Under the pieces are notes generated by a model. That model had not been told where the DNA came from, searched no databases, and saw only the letters and a program-made list of their open reading frames with translations. This document shows, one piece after another, positions 10,074-20,758 of a stretch of 64,000 nucleotides of DNA. The stretch is taken from the NCBI GenBank assembly GCA_963737635.1, contig CAVTTL010000001.1, forward strand, positions 384,001-448,000. Reading direction: 5' to 3'. This stretch comes from an uncultured Methanoregulaceae archaeon. Lineage in GTDB: Archaea; Halobacteriota; Methanomicrobia; Methanomicrobiales; Methanospirillaceae. A program made the position numbers and the translations under genes. How positions within the stretch are numbered: position 1 is the first letter of the stretch; the number at the start of each line of letters is the position of its first letter.

Positions 10074-11270
10074 TTAGCGGATTGAGGCGGCAAGCGCCCC
10101 CAGCTCCACAAGAAGTTTTGGATTTACTTTCAATAACTCTTTTATCAACGTGAGCGTGGAAAACTCTCTGATATCCAGCTTCGAAACTGAGTGGATAATG
10201 GCATTGAGTTTCTCATCAGGCTGCTTGATCAGGTATTCCTTGATGTGGTAGTTGCGTTCGATGCTCTTTCCCATCTTTGAATCTCGCCATTCCCTGTCGT
10301 AAGCCATCAGCGCTTTCTTTGAAAGATCACCTTTTGCTATGCAATCAGCCGCGACTTCTGCTGCAAGCTTGCCGGTGAACATCGCATTATAGATACCACC
10401 ACCTGTTAACGGGTCCACTACACGCGCTGCATCGCCAACCAGCATCAGGTTATCTGCAACTGTGCATTCAAGCGGCCGACAGACTGAGACCCCGCCAACA
10501 ATACATTCTATCGTTTTGCCATGAGGAAATTTCTGTTTCACGAACCGGTCAAGGTAGTCTTTTGCCCGGTGCCCATTACCGCTCTTCTTTCCGGAAATTC
10601 CAATACCCACATTTGCGGCTCGTTTTCCCTTGGGAAAAACCCAGAGGTACCCTTCGGGAGCGATGTCATTACCGAGGTAGAATATCGTAGCATGCGGATT
10701 GATGTCGATATCGGTCATCACATATTGTACCGAACTCATAATCTCGCGGACCGGGACGGTCGTATCGATACCACACCACTTGCCAAACTTTGATTCAACC
10801 CCATCAGCTGCAATGACCACTTCGGCCATAACATTATTGACATTGCCGCAGTACTCGAGCCGCGCGCCCTTGAGACAACCGTCATGAATCACCGGCGCGG
10901 ATGCACGGGTCTTGACAAAAACGTCGGCCCCGGCATCTGCAGCCTGCCAGACAAGTTCCCGATCAAAGACCTTGCGGTCAAGGATATATCCTACCTTGCC
11001 TCCGGCTATGGAGGATTCAAGCGTCATCTCAAACCCGTCGGGTGCAACGATGCCTGCCCCGTTCATCTCAGCTGCGATCCAGCGGGGATCGGGATCGATG
11101 AATTCAGCAAGAGCCTCCTTACCTATCCCCTCTGCACAGCGAACCGGAGCTCCGATCGCCGGACGCTTTTCGACAAGACACACAGAGAGCCCTTTCTCTG
11201 CTGCAGTCCGGGCAGCCAGCGCGCCGGCGGGACCGCCGCCAATGACAAGAACTTCATATTTACTTTTCAT
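10074..11270 (-). CDS. Digeranylgeranylglycerophospholipid reductase (geranylgeranyl reductase)
   Basis: [17 protein letters not shown] and GDAA...PLTGGGI motifs; ATG at 11270. Confidence 0.9.
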   Translation of the reverse strand: MKSKYEVLVIGGGPAGALAARTAAEKGLSVCLVEKRPAIGAPVRCAEGIGKEALAEFIDPDPRWIAAEMNGAGIVAPDGFEMTLESSIAGGKVGYILDRKVFDRELVWQAADAGADVFVKTRASAPVIHDGCLKGARLEYCGNVNNVMAEVVIAADGVESKFGKWCGIDTTVPVREIMSSVQYVMTDIDINPHATIFYLGNDIAPEGYLWVFPKGKRAANVGIGISGKKSGNGHRAKDYLDRFVKQKFPHGKTIECIVGGVSVCRPLECTVADNLMLVGDAARVVDPLTGGGIYNAMFTGKLAAEVAADCIAKGDLSKKALMAYDREWRDSKMGKSIERNYHIKEYLIKQPDEKLNAIIHSVSKLDIREFSTLTLIKELLKVNPKLLVELGALAASIR

Positions 11271-11436
11271 GCACGACCTCAAGCGCACCAAGCGGACAAA
11301 CCTTGGCACAGACACCACAGCTGTTACAGTTCTCTTCAACAGAAAGGTATGCGTCGATCAGTTCAAGCGCACCTTCGGGGCAGACTGACACACAGCATCC
11401 GCAATACCCGCAAATATCCCGGTGTACGTTAAGCAT
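11260..11436 (-). CDS. 2[4Fe-4S] ferredoxin (58 aa), overlapping the GGR start
   Basis: Manual translation [23 protein letters not shown]...[22 protein letters not shown], with two CxxCxxCxxxCP motifs; below the ORF-track cutoff. Confidence 0.9.
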   Translation of the reverse strand: MLNVHRDICGYCGCCVSVCPEGALELIDAYLSVEENCNSCGVCAKVCPLGALEVVHEK

Positions 11437-11706
11437 TCCGGAGATATGTTGGAGGCCGGTTTCATTAATCTTTACGGATGTTTCGTACGGAGACGAACCG
11501 GTCGTTTAGACCACCCACTTGTTCTGTATTCTATAAATGAGGTGAAACGTGGCGTGTGCAAACAGAAAGATAAAAGTGATCAAACTTTATGTGGAAGAAG
11601 AGAGAATATTTCTTTCACTGATAATATGAAATTAAATCATATTTTCACGCGTTTCTTTTAAGGAATAATTTTTATTTTTCTTTTAGACAAAAATAAATAC
11701 TTTTAC

Positions 11707-11724
11707 TAGGAAATAATCTTCCTA
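11707..11724. promoter_or_regulatory. Putative NrpR nitrogen operator (TAGGAA-N6-TTCCTA) upstream of glnA
   Basis: GGAA-ATAATC-TTCC matches the GGAA-N6-TTCC euryarchaeal nitrogen operator; about 90 bp upstream of glnA. Confidence 0.75.
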
Positions 11725-11811
11725 TTGCCTGTAGGTATTTTCATTATTCGGCGAATTCTTGGAGCTTAAAAGCAAGTTTAGAAATACCTGCCGGTATAAA
11801 CAGGTGACTGT

Positions 11812-13287
11812 ATGGTTCAAAAGAGCAAGAACACCCCGATGAAGAGTGTGACAAAAGAGCAGATCGGCTCAATCAACACTCTTATAAAAAAGAAGAATAT
11901 CCAGATCGTTGACTTCAAATTCAACGATTTACCGGGTCTCTGGCAGCATTTCTCTATCCCGGCCTCGGAACTTGTCAAAGATTCAAATCCGGATGACGGG
12001 ATCTGGAATGAAGGTATCGGGTTCGACGGTTCGTCGATCAGGGGCTTCCAGAAAATTCAAGAGTCTGATATGATCCTGCACCTGGACGCTTCTACCGCTA
12101 TAGCAGATCCAGTATGTGAAGTACCGACACTCTCGATCATTTGTAATGTTTTTGATCCGATTACCAAAGAGGCATATAGCCGGGATCCGCGATATATTGC
12201 CCAGAAAGCAGAACAGTACCTTAAGGCAACCGGCATTGCTGATGAAAGTTTCTGGGGACCGGAGTACGAGTTTTTCCTTTTCGACGACGTCAAGTACTCC
12301 CAGACGGTTAATCAGGGATTCTATTCGATAGATTCAGTAGAGGGCATTTGGAACTCAGGGCGTGACGAACAGCCCAACCTCGGCTACAAGATTCGCCACA
12401 AGGAGGGCTATTTCCCGGTGCCTCCGCATGACTCACTGCAGGATGTGAGAAGCCACATTATCAACAAGATGATCGAGACAGGAATTCCGGTTGAAGTTCA
12501 TCATCATGAAGTGGCGACAGCGGGTCAAAACGAGATCGATATGCGGTACAGTCCTCTGGTCAAAATGGCAGACAACTGCATGATGTACAAGTATATCGTC
12601 AAGAATATGGCACAGCAATTCGGCATGGTCGCAACCTTCATGCCTAAACCCCTCTTTGGGGACAATGGTTCAGGTATGCACACCCATCAGTCGATCTGGA
12701 AGAACGGCAAGAACCTGTTTTTTGATGCGAAAGGATATGGGATGATCAGCCAGACTGCAAAATATTACATCGGCGGTCTCCTTAAGCATGCCAACGCGCT
12801 CATGGCGTTCTGTGCTCCGTCAACGAATTCCTACAAGCGGCTCGTGCCGGGATACGAAGCACCGGTTAACCTCGTGTATTCCCTGAGGAACAGGTCTGCC
12901 GCGGTCCGTATCCCAATGTACTCGGAAAACCCCAAATCAAAACGGATTGAATTCCGGCCACCGGACCCAATGTGCAATCCCTATCTTTCATTCTCGGCTC
13001 TCTTAATGGCAGGTATTGACGGCGTTAAAAAGAAGATCGATCCGGGCCAGCCGTTTGAAGGAAACACCTACGAGCTCGAGGGCAAGGCAGCAAAGAAGAT
13101 CCCCACCGTCCCCGGTTCACTCGAACAGGCAATCGACGCCTTGGAAGCGGACCACAAATTCCTACTCGAAGGAGGCGTTTTCACCCAAGACGTCATCGAT
13201 GTCTGGATCGAATACAAACGGGCAGAGATCGATTCTGTCCGTCTCCGCCCCCACCCGTGGGAGTTCCACCTTTATTTCGATATGTAA
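11812..13287 (+). CDS. glnA: Glutamine synthetase type I
   Basis: FDGSSIRGF, HHEVATAGQ, TFMPKP..GDNGSGMH, RIEFRPPDP and YFDM C-terminus. Confidence 0.97.
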   Translation: MVQKSKNTPMKSVTKEQIGSINTLIKKKNIQIVDFKFNDLPGLWQHFSIPASELVKDSNPDDGIWNEGIGFDGSSIRGFQKIQESDMILHLDASTAIADPVCEVPTLSIICNVFDPITKEAYSRDPRYIAQKAEQYLKATGIADESFWGPEYEFFLFDDVKYSQTVNQGFYSIDSVEGIWNSGRDEQPNLGYKIRHKEGYFPVPPHDSLQDVRSHIINKMIETGIPVEVHHHEVATAGQNEIDMRYSPLVKMADNCMMYKYIVKNMAQQFGMVATFMPKPLFGDNGSGMHTHQSIWKNGKNLFFDAKGYGMISQTAKYYIGGLLKHANALMAFCAPSTNSYKRLVPGYEAPVNLVYSLRNRSAAVRIPMYSENPKSKRIEFRPPDPMCNPYLSFSALLMAGIDGVKKKIDPGQPFEGNTYELEGKAAKKIPTVPGSLEQAIDALEADHKFLLEGGVFTQDVIDVWIEYKRAEIDSVRLRPHPWEFHLYFDM

Positions 13288-13354
13288 CCAAATTCCCCTT
13301 TTTTTCCAACAGTTACAATGTTGCCCGGCGCCATCTGATTCCTTTTGGAAAAGG

Positions 13355-14477
13355 TCAAGCAAGAGAGAACGTACCGTACTTTCCGCCGCCACCAGGGTGT
13401 AGGATTACACGGTTCTGTCTTAATGCTTCGATGGCATCTGCAACACGTGGGTGAACCGTCCTTATCTCAGGCAATGGCGTCGAAATGAGGAGATCGATTT
13501 CATTTCCAAAAGATGAAATAAACGCCTCGTAGATTGTCTGGCATTTCTTTGTATGAGGTGACGACGCACCTTCGACAGTCTGGATGATTTGACCGAGCGG
13601 GACAAGATGAATATAGGGAGGACGTGGTTCCGGTGTACCTCGTGAAAGTTCACGGGCACGATCGTAAACGCCCTTCTTGATAAGTTTACCGTCAGCGGGG
13701 CAGTGCCAGTTATAATTCTGCGCTTCTTCAAGAGAATACTGGGTGAAACAGTGGACGCAGGCAGTACCGATTGTATTTTCCTTCTTCCGGGAAAAAGCCC
13801 GCGTTCATCGCAATGTTTCCAGCCTTAATGCAGTCAAGCACATTCCGTATGGAGAGGTTACCAGGAACCTGGAGCCGGTTAAACTCTCGGCCAATTTTCT
13901 CCGGCTGTGGACTGTGAGCATCAGAATTCGAGAGAAATGGTACTCCGAAAAGATCCGGGATACCTGCACCGTAAGAACTGTCTGCCGAGAGTCCCAGTTC
14001 AAGGAAATCAATGGGCTCGCTGCCATAACAACTGGAGATTGAATTGTGGTACGCAAAGAGCGCAGTCCATGGGGTGAATGCATGGGCTGGGCCGATGAGC
14101 GCCCCAACCTCATGGGTCCGTTGTGCGATCGTTTCTCCTGAGAGGTACACGTGGGGTCGACCATTCGTACCAATACTCAGGCTTTTTGGTGCAAGGAGGT
14201 CGCGGAGCTGATCGAACTGTCCGAAATCTTCGGCAAGAATCAGATGGTGGACCCGATGGTCGTCCTCGATCTCGCTGCTTGGAATCACGCACACCTTCTG
14301 TGCGTTAGCCATGAACAGCTTCCATTCCTTTTGCCAGATCGGGTGCAGAGCATCACCGGTTCCGAGAACGTGAAGGCCCTTAACCGTACAGGCAGAAAGA
14401 AGTTTTTCCGGGTGCATGTTGCGGGACACCGCCATCGAAAAAGGCGAATGGATATGTAAATCGGCATTTACGAGCAT
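13355..14477 (-). CDS. PHP-family protein (TIGR00375-like) with an apparent frameshift near 13767
   Basis: DLHIHS and SNSDAHS motifs. After GKYNR the shifted frame continues TACVHC...KGVYDRARE...PGGGGKYGTFSLA* to the stop at 13355. Confidence 0.75.
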
Positions 14478-14545
14478 GGGTACTCCTGATTATGCCATCT
14501 GATATATATGAAAGGTGTGCACCTGAAAGGCTGCAGGAATTGTAG

Positions 14546-15304
14546 TCAGCCGATATAGCTCAGTTCTTCATCGTTCTGGCTCTTCTCGCTTTCAAGAAGG
14601 CCGTGTACGACTTTCTCCATTTCCGCTGCACGGTCATTCAGTTGGGTGGGATCGACTGGCACTTCGATGAGTTTTGAAAGAACCAAAAGAACGCTCGCGG
14701 CACTCATGGGGTCAACAACGTACCCACTCGTCTCACCCATCAGGCACACTGCATCTATTCCGCGCCTACTTCCCATCCCAAGAAGCAGACCTGCCGCACC
14801 CACAATTCCCCCACCAGGTTCATCGCGATCAAATGTTACCCCGGCATCCTGAATCTCTTTCTTGAGAGCCTCACGATTTGTTGCACCAAAGACCCGGGGG
14901 GCATAGACCAGATGCCCGACGCCAAATCCCCCGAGGGTGTAGATGCGTTTTACTCCAAGTTCCACGGCAATGTCGAGATACGCGTCAGCCATAAGATAGT
15001 GTCCCTCGTTTGAGGTGCTCTGGAAATCCCCTACGAGGAAAACTACGTGGCGGGTCTGTGACTTATACAGGTATATTTCATTTCTCGGCAGCCGGACAAC
15101 ACCATCTTCCTCAATAATAACCTGCGGGGGGAGATAGATCGAATGGATCTCCCCAATTTTTTCTGCGTCCAGCATATGAATCATATACTCGGCAACGAGT
15201 TTTCCGATTTGCCCGATGCCAGGCAGTCCTCCAATGAGGACAGGATCAGTGAGATTCTTATCGGTAAACGTATCGAAATAACGGATACTGATATCGTCAA
15301 TCAT
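14546..15304 (-). CDS. Proteasome assembly chaperone (PAC2) family protein
   Basis: GLPGIGQIGKL, IYTLGG and CLMGET motifs; conserved position after nop10. Confidence 0.85.
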   Translation of the reverse strand: MIDDISIRYFDTFTDKNLTDPVLIGGLPGIGQIGKLVAEYMIHMLDAEKIGEIHSIYLPPQVIIEEDGVVRLPRNEIYLYKSQTRHVVFLVGDFQSTSNEGHYLMADAYLDIAVELGVKRIYTLGGFGVGHLVYAPRVFGATNREALKKEIQDAGVTFDRDEPGGGIVGAAGLLLGMGSRRGIDAVCLMGETSGYVVDPMSAASVLLVLSKLIEVPVDPTQLNDRAAEMEKVVHGLLESEKSQNDEELSYIG

Positions 15305-15305
15305 C

Positions 15306-15461
15306 TCACAACCTCTTTGCAATCCGCCGATACCTGCCGAAACGATCCTGTACTGAAAAGCGTGCAGGGTGGGCTATTGACGTCTGCCCGCCGCATATTG
15401 GACAATTAAGAGAAAGAGTATAGGTATGATCTGCGCTGCAGCGACGGATTCTTCCGCTCAT
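15306..15461 (-). CDS. nop10: H/ACA RNP protein Nop10
   Basis: Manual translation MSGRIRRCSADHTYTLSLNCPICGGQTSIAHPARFSVQDRFGRYRRIAKRL*; overlaps the aIF2alpha stop. Confidence 0.9.
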   Translation of the reverse strand: MSGRIRRCSADHTYTLSLNCPICGGQTSIAHPARFSVQDRFGRYRRIAKRL

Positions 15462-16249
15462 TGACTTTTCCCGGACTTGGGTTTTTTAACAAGTTTGCCT
15501 TCGCCACCTGCTTTTTCAAGGACGGAAATTGCTGCATTAGCTGCTTTCTCCAGCGCTTTTTCCGCTTTCTTATAATCGGCTGCTGTTACCTTGATCCGGT
15601 AAATAGGTGCACCCAAATACAACAATTCAATATCTGCACCGGCAGTCTTTGCATCACTTGCCTTTTTTAATGCATTCCGTATAACCATCACGCCATCTGA
15701 TGCTGCGGACATAAGAACCAGCTGGCCGGTCACTTCAACTTTTGGTATCTTAACGCTCTCGTGGGCGATATGCACCAGTGCGTCGCTTGCTTTTTTGGAG
15801 AGACCCAGCTTTTTGATGGTTGCATCGCTATCAGTGACCACATCCTCAAATACCGCATATAGCTCGCCGTATTTATCGAGAATTGCATCTTCTATAGCCG
15901 TTGCGGGTTCACCGGATTTCTCTGCAACAAAACCAATCCACTTGCGGGCCTTTGACTCGTTTTTCCACTCGCGGATTTTTTCGCGTCGCTGATGCTCATT
16001 GACATCTTTTAAAGAAAGGTCGATATGGCCCCGATTCCGGTCAACATTGAGGACCTTGCAGACGATCTTTTGGCCTTCACGGATGTGATCACGGATATAT
16101 TTTATCCACCCAGTTGCGATTTCAGAGATGGGGATGAGCCCCTGCCTGCCTCCGTACTCGTCAAGTGATACAAACGCGACAAAATCCTTGACACTTTCTA
16201 CAGTGCAGACTACAAGTTCAGATTCTTGGGGCCACTCTCTGTCAAGCAT
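15458..16249 (-). CDS. eif2a: Translation initiation factor 2 subunit alpha
   Basis: S1 domain (WPQESELVVCTV...GHIDLSLK) and GAPIYRIKV. Confidence 0.95.
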   Translation of the reverse strand: MLDREWPQESELVVCTVESVKDFVAFVSLDEYGGRQGLIPISEIATGWIKYIRDHIREGQKIVCKVLNVDRNRGHIDLSLKDVNEHQRREKIREWKNESKARKWIGFVAEKSGEPATAIEDAILDKYGELYAVFEDVVTDSDATIKKLGLSKKASDALVHIAHESVKIPKVEVTGQLVLMSAASDGVMVIRNALKKASDAKTAGADIELLYLGAPIYRIKVTAADYKKAEKALEKAANAAISVLEKAGGEGKLVKKPKSGKSQ

Positions 16250-16256
16250 GTGAGGC

Positions 16257-16445
16257 TCACGTATACTCTGCTATAATCTCAGCCTTTACGTTTGCCTTTC
16301 CACCAGCTGGTGTGGCGAGATCGCGTCCGCATACAACACACTTCACGGTGGTGCTTGCCTTGGAAAACACCATCTGCTCGTTATCGCAGTCCGGGCACTT
16401 TACCTTTAAAAAACTGCTTCGATTCGCTCGTGCTTCTCGTACCAT
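16257..16445 (-). CDS. rps27e: 30S ribosomal protein S27e
   Basis: FLKVKCPDCDNEQMVF...CVVCG...GGKA; ATG at 16445. Confidence 0.93.
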   Translation of the reverse strand: MVREARANRSSFLKVKCPDCDNEQMVFSKASTTVKCVVCGRDLATPAGGKANVKAEIIAEYT

Positions 16446-16450
16446 GTTTC

Positions 16451-16729
16451 TCACTCCGTCAACTCGAACTTGGCAACCCGGTAACCTTTGCGAAGGTGCG
16501 CTTTTCCGCACACTGTGCAGCGGTACCTGACGTTGATCTTCTTCGTGGGCTTGTCGCCACCAGGGACTTTCGAGAACTTGCCCATGTTGCCTACTTTTCC
16601 TCTGCGTCCCTTCTGGCGGTCGATCCAGTGGAGGCCGGTTGTTTTGCTCTTCTTGACCTTTTCCACTTCATGGATCTGGTGATTCCTGCAAAAAGGACAG
16701 TATGTTTTGAATTTCACTGGCATCTTCAT
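16451..16729 (-). CDS. rpl44e: 50S ribosomal protein L44e
   Basis: KTYCPFC..H, KPTKK and CTVCGKAH motifs. Confidence 0.95.
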   Translation of the reverse strand: MKMPVKFKTYCPFCRNHQIHEVEKVKKSKTTGLHWIDRQKGRRGKVGNMGKFSKVPGGDKPTKKINVRYRCTVCGKAHLRKGYRVAKFELTE

Positions 16730-16998
16730 GATGATTTCACCGATCTGTACTGGATATTGAATCCCAGTATTATTTACTAAGGTTCATATTTAAGATATGG
16801 GTCACCGGCAGTACATGATGTTTCCCGCCGTCCAGATTTTGTGCAATTCTCATCGTGGCGAAGAGTGTTAAGCTTTGGCGCCAGAATATTAAAAAGATTA
16901 GGATAGATAAATCGGTCCGAAGGATTGAGACGAAAAATACCAGACTCTCAGATCATCCTTCCCAAATATTCATCAGGATTCTCCTGATTATGGCCTCT

Positions 16999-17700
16999 TT
17001 ATTTACCGGACGGAAGTGTAATTGCAATGACGAGATTCCGGTCGCTGAGCACGGAAGCATTCCTCTCGGGAAGCGTGGCAACGTCACCTTTTGCAAGAGT
17101 GTAAATCCTCCCATCGACACCCATAAATGTGTCCATTCCTTCGAGCACCCGCACAAGCATATACGGTGGGGTGAGGGTTGGCGCGGCCGAAGAGTCAGAA
17201 GAGAGGGAGACAGGTCTTTCTGCTGCTAACAAAGACTCTTCCTCAGGGGCTTCCCCATCGTCATCCGCGGCCTCGATTACCGCATGTGCTGCTGTTGGTG
17301 CAGGGACTAGAGTCAGTTTTGCATTATGAAGGAGGATATCCTGGCACTCCAGAAGGCCCGCAGCAACCCGGTCAAACATCCCACGCTCGGCGGGTATCAT
17401 CCGTTTGATCTCTTCACGGTCGTAATAATTGCCCTCCGTATGCGTGATGGCGAGTGCGAGGATCTTACGTGAGCGGATAGAAAAGAGCTCATGCATCGTC
17501 TCCTTGATCGCGATCGTTTCTTCTATAAGAGCCCGGGCTTCATCGGAAAGGGGGTCTTCAATTGCATAAACTTTTTTGAGAAGTTCTGCGATCTCAGCAT
17601 GGGTGCGATCGAAGATATCCGGGGATATCTGGACCAATTTCCCGGTTTCACGTTCGGTGAGCAGGGCGCTGCGCAGATCATCAAATCCCATGACAGGCAC
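16999..17700 (-). CDS. GINS complex protein (Gins15/Gins51-type)
   Basis: Helical A domain, acidic linker and C-terminal B domain (VRVLEGMDTFMGVDGRIYTLAKGDVATLP); lies between priS and rpl44e. Confidence 0.8.
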   Translation of the reverse strand: MPVMGFDDLRSALLTERETGKLVQISPDIFDRTHAEIAELLKKVYAIEDPLSDEARALIEETIAIKETMHELFSIRSRKILALAITHTEGNYYDREEIKRMIPAERGMFDRVAAGLLECQDILLHNAKLTLVPAPTAAHAVIEAADDDGEAPEEESLLAAERPVSLSSDSSAAPTLTPPYMLVRVLEGMDTFMGVDGRIYTLAKGDVATLPERNASVLSDRNLVIAITLPSGK

Positions 17701-17717
17701 TCGGAGTTAGGGTTATT

Positions 17718-18846
17718 TTATGCGATTTCAGCGATGCCGCGGCAGCACAGAAATACTGCCACAGCCTCAGGTACTGTAGAGATCCCTTTTTGGATCTGAT
17801 AAGTGCTTCCCAGCATCGGCATTGAGAGCGGGAACCGTGAATCCACCCTAACCTCGCGAGCCGAAAAGACCACGGCATCAACCAGGGGATTAAAATCAGC
17901 AAGATCCCGTATCTCAAGCGGTTGCACTCGCATTCCGCTACCCCCGTGAAGGGAGGTTGGCATCCTGATCAGGCGCTTGATGTCAGTAGTGACCGGTTCA
18001 TCCGCAAGCGCAGCCTTTTCGTTCAACCGTTTTCTGAATTCCCCTTCGTTTTCGTGGACGACGGCTTTTATGACCCTGTCTTTGAGAATAGTCGGATCGA
18101 CGGCACCTTGGAGCGAGGTGATGATCTCCCCGCGCTTTTTTAAAAATCCTGCTGCTGATTCCTTCCCAACACCCTCAAGTGAAGTGAGATGCCCGATTGC
18201 CTCTTCCTCGCTCATATTGCCTAGCCATGAAATATACTCGGTGAGCGCCTCGCGGAACCGGGACGACCACCCGGATGATAATGTCGATCCACTCAACAGC
18301 ACCGCAGGATCGACGCCAATGCCGCAGACATAGTCAACAAGTTCCCGCCGTTCGGCACTCCCCCACCCGCGAAAGGCTAGATCCCGCACATGCACATGAT
18401 AACCCCGCCCTCCGGAAAAGACGAGTTCGATCTGTTTTTGATCGATCCCAAGTTCCTGGGTGAGCATGGCCAGCAGTTTTTCGGTCTCAGCTTTTGACCC
18501 GGGAAAGCATCTGGTCATAAGGCCCTTTGACGATATGATCCGCATCCAGATCAAAGATCAAATCAGCGCCGCACCAGCCCTTTTCAGCCATTGTGGGCGC
18601 GTCGGGTTTCTCGTAGTACGCACTCGAATAATAGATATGGGAAGGTACCAAATTTTTGACATAATCAAAAAGAACGTGGCGGTCGGAAAATGCGATATGC
18701 CGGCGCATACGCATTTCCATTGCGCCTGGGTTAAAAAGAACAAAACCCCATTCCCGCTGCTCAAGCGACGATGGGGAAACCAGCATTGCTTTGTGGTAGT
18801 ATTCAGTGAACCGCTGTTGCACAAAAGCCGTCGTTGCCGGGTTCAT
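17718..18846 (-). CDS. priS: DNA primase small subunit; apparent +1 frameshift in an A-run at 18492-18495
   Basis: QREWGF and ADLIFDLDAD in ORF 18487..18846; FSGGRGYHVH and DIKRLIRMP.SLHG in ORF 17718..18554. Confidence 0.9.
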
Positions 18847-20423
18847 GACATCTCCTTTATCATATAGGGTCCCTGGCGCTCATATCCCTGTCTCTGGTAA
18901 TAGGGGCGGACACCTATGCCGCTCATGATCGCCATCCGCCTGAACCCGGCTTTTTTCGCGATCTCTTCGGCATGAGAAAGAAGGTGTCTCCCGAAATTCC
19001 GGTGCTGCCATTCTTCTGTTTCTGCCGCTTCCAAGCCAACCGGTACTAGACTCCCATAAACATGAAGCTCTCGTACGAGCGCGGCACCCTGAAGCTCGGG
19101 CCGGAATTCTGACGATGGGAAACGAAGCCGGGCAAACCCGATCAAAGAGTCTCCCGAGACTGCCGATATGAAATGCTCTATGCCGCCGCAGCATTCATAC
19201 CGCGTCACTCGTATTTCGGCGTCCATTGAAGAGGGAAGCCTGCCGATCTCCCGGCAACGGATACAGCGGCAATGCCGGCCCTGTGCTGCAAGGCGGTTCT
19301 GGGCCAGTTGCCGGAAGTTGGAGTGCTTGGATCCGGCAACAATCAGTTTTGCCGGGATATCACGTTGTACCCTCGAAAGCCGGGTATACTCCGGAATAAG
19401 CGTTTTTGCGTACGCGATGAGATCGATGAGTTGATCTTCGTGATACGGAGTATATCTCTTGAGTTCCCAGAGCTCCTCGATCTCTGAACCGGGAGTGACG
19501 AGTGTCGGGTAAATTTTCAAAAAATCCGGTTTGAACCGGGGATCCGAAAAGAGGATTTCGAACATCTCTTTGTCAGCGGCAATCGTAGAATGAGGGAGGT
19601 TTGGCATTACGTGGAATCCAACTTTTATCCCGGCATCACGCAGGAGTCGGTTTGCCTCGGCTGTATCGGCAACCGTGCATCCACGGCGGTTAAACGTAAG
19701 GATCGTATCATCGATATGCTGAACTCCCAGTTCTACTTTGGTGACACCGAGATCGAGCATGCGGTTAATATGCTCTTTTTTGCACCAGTCCGGACGTGTT
19801 TCAAAGGTTATTGCAACGCACCGGACATCGGCACTTTCGTTCGCCTCTTCAACCGCGGCGACAGAAGGTGCCACACTTGCAGGAGCATCACCGGGATACA
19901 CATTCATCGCCTCGATGCACCGGGCAACAAATTCATGCTGATATTCAAGAGGGCGAGCGGTCATCGTCCCTCCCATTACGATCAATTCTACTTTCTCCAC
20001 CCGGTGCCCCAAAGTCTCAAACTGCCCAAGCCGGGCATGGACCTGAAGAAAAGGATCGTAACCATGTTCCCGGGCCCGTTTTGCCGCGGGTTCCTCACCG
20101 GTGTAGCTCTGCGGAGACCCAAACGGATGAGCTGGCCCACCCGGGCAGGGCAGGCATCGCCCATGCGGGCAGGGATATGGCGAAGTCATAACCGCAACCG
20201 GTGCAACTCCCGAAAGGGTCCGGGTAGGCTTGACCAGAAGGACGCGTCGGAGGTCTTCCCGCTCTGCCGGGGTCGCCGCAGCAAGAATCGCAGAGTTCTT
20301 GGGAACTGCGTTCAACCGGTACTTCCGGCAAATCGCGATTTTAGCGGCAATGATATCATTGTCACCAGATGGGAGGGAGAGGATGCGGGAGATGATCTCC
20401 CGGATTGCCAGTGCCTCATCCAT
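18843..20423 (-). CDS. elp3: Elp3 radical SAM/GNAT tRNA U34 modification enzyme
   Basis: RTLSGVAPVAVMT, CPHGRCLPCPGG, ETRPD, RELHVYG and GVRPYY motifs. Confidence 0.95.
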   Translation of the reverse strand: MDEALAIREIISRILSLPSGDNDIIAAKIAICRKYRLNAVPKNSAILAAATPAEREDLRRVLLVKPTRTLSGVAPVAVMTSPYPCPHGRCLPCPGGPAHPFGSPQSYTGEEPAAKRAREHGYDPFLQVHARLGQFETLGHRVEKVELIVMGGTMTARPLEYQHEFVARCIEAMNVYPGDAPASVAPSVAAVEEANESADVRCVAITFETRPDWCKKEHINRMLDLGVTKVELGVQHIDDTILTFNRRGCTVADTAEANRLLRDAGIKVGFHVMPNLPHSTIAADKEMFEILFSDPRFKPDFLKIYPTLVTPGSEIEELWELKRYTPYHEDQLIDLIAYAKTLIPEYTRLSRVQRDIPAKLIVAGSKHSNFRQLAQNRLAAQGRHCRCIRCREIGRLPSSMDAEIRVTRYECCGGIEHFISAVSGDSLIGFARLRFPSSEFRPELQGAALVRELHVYGSLVPVGLEAAETEEWQHRNFGRHLLSHAEEIAKKAGFRRMAIMSGIGVRPYYQRQGYERQGPYMIKEMS

Positions 20424-20426
20424 GAC

Positions 20427-20705
20427 TTAATGTTCGACTGCAACCTGCTGAGTTGGTGCAGTTGCGGTCTCTGGAGAATAGTTCACCACATGCACGCGGT
20501 GATGTCCGTTAATATGGGTCACAACCTCTTCGCCTAATGTGAGGAGAGCATCTTTGTGGGCTTTTTTATCCTTATGAATATGAACTGGCGATATTTCGAG
20601 AGCATCATAGCGGTCTGTTATAATTTCCTCATTAGTAGTATTCTCGTAATACTTCCTGATGTGTACCATCAGCATATGCAGATGCAATAACTCTTCTTTT
20701 TGCAC
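20427..20705 (-). CDS. UPF0058 family protein
   Basis: KEELLHLH...ISPVHIHKDKKAHK pattern; GTG start after GAAGG. Confidence 0.75.
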   Translation of the reverse strand: MQKEELLHLHMLMVHIRKYYENTTNEEIITDRYDALEISPVHIHKDKKAHKDALLTLGEEVVTHINGHHRVHVVNYSPETATAPTQQVAVEH

Positions 20706-20758
20706 ATTATCGCCTTCTCTCTGAAAAGTTAATTTTTCTGTGCGACACATATACCTTT

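Noticed and set aside
18487-18554. Programmed frameshift or split priS
   Set aside because: One extra A in a homopolymer explains it, and similar indels occur throughout the window.
14546-20423. Replication and translation genes clustered together (priS-gins-rpl44e-rps27e-aIF2a-nop10)
   Set aside because: This is a well-described conserved archaeal gene cluster.
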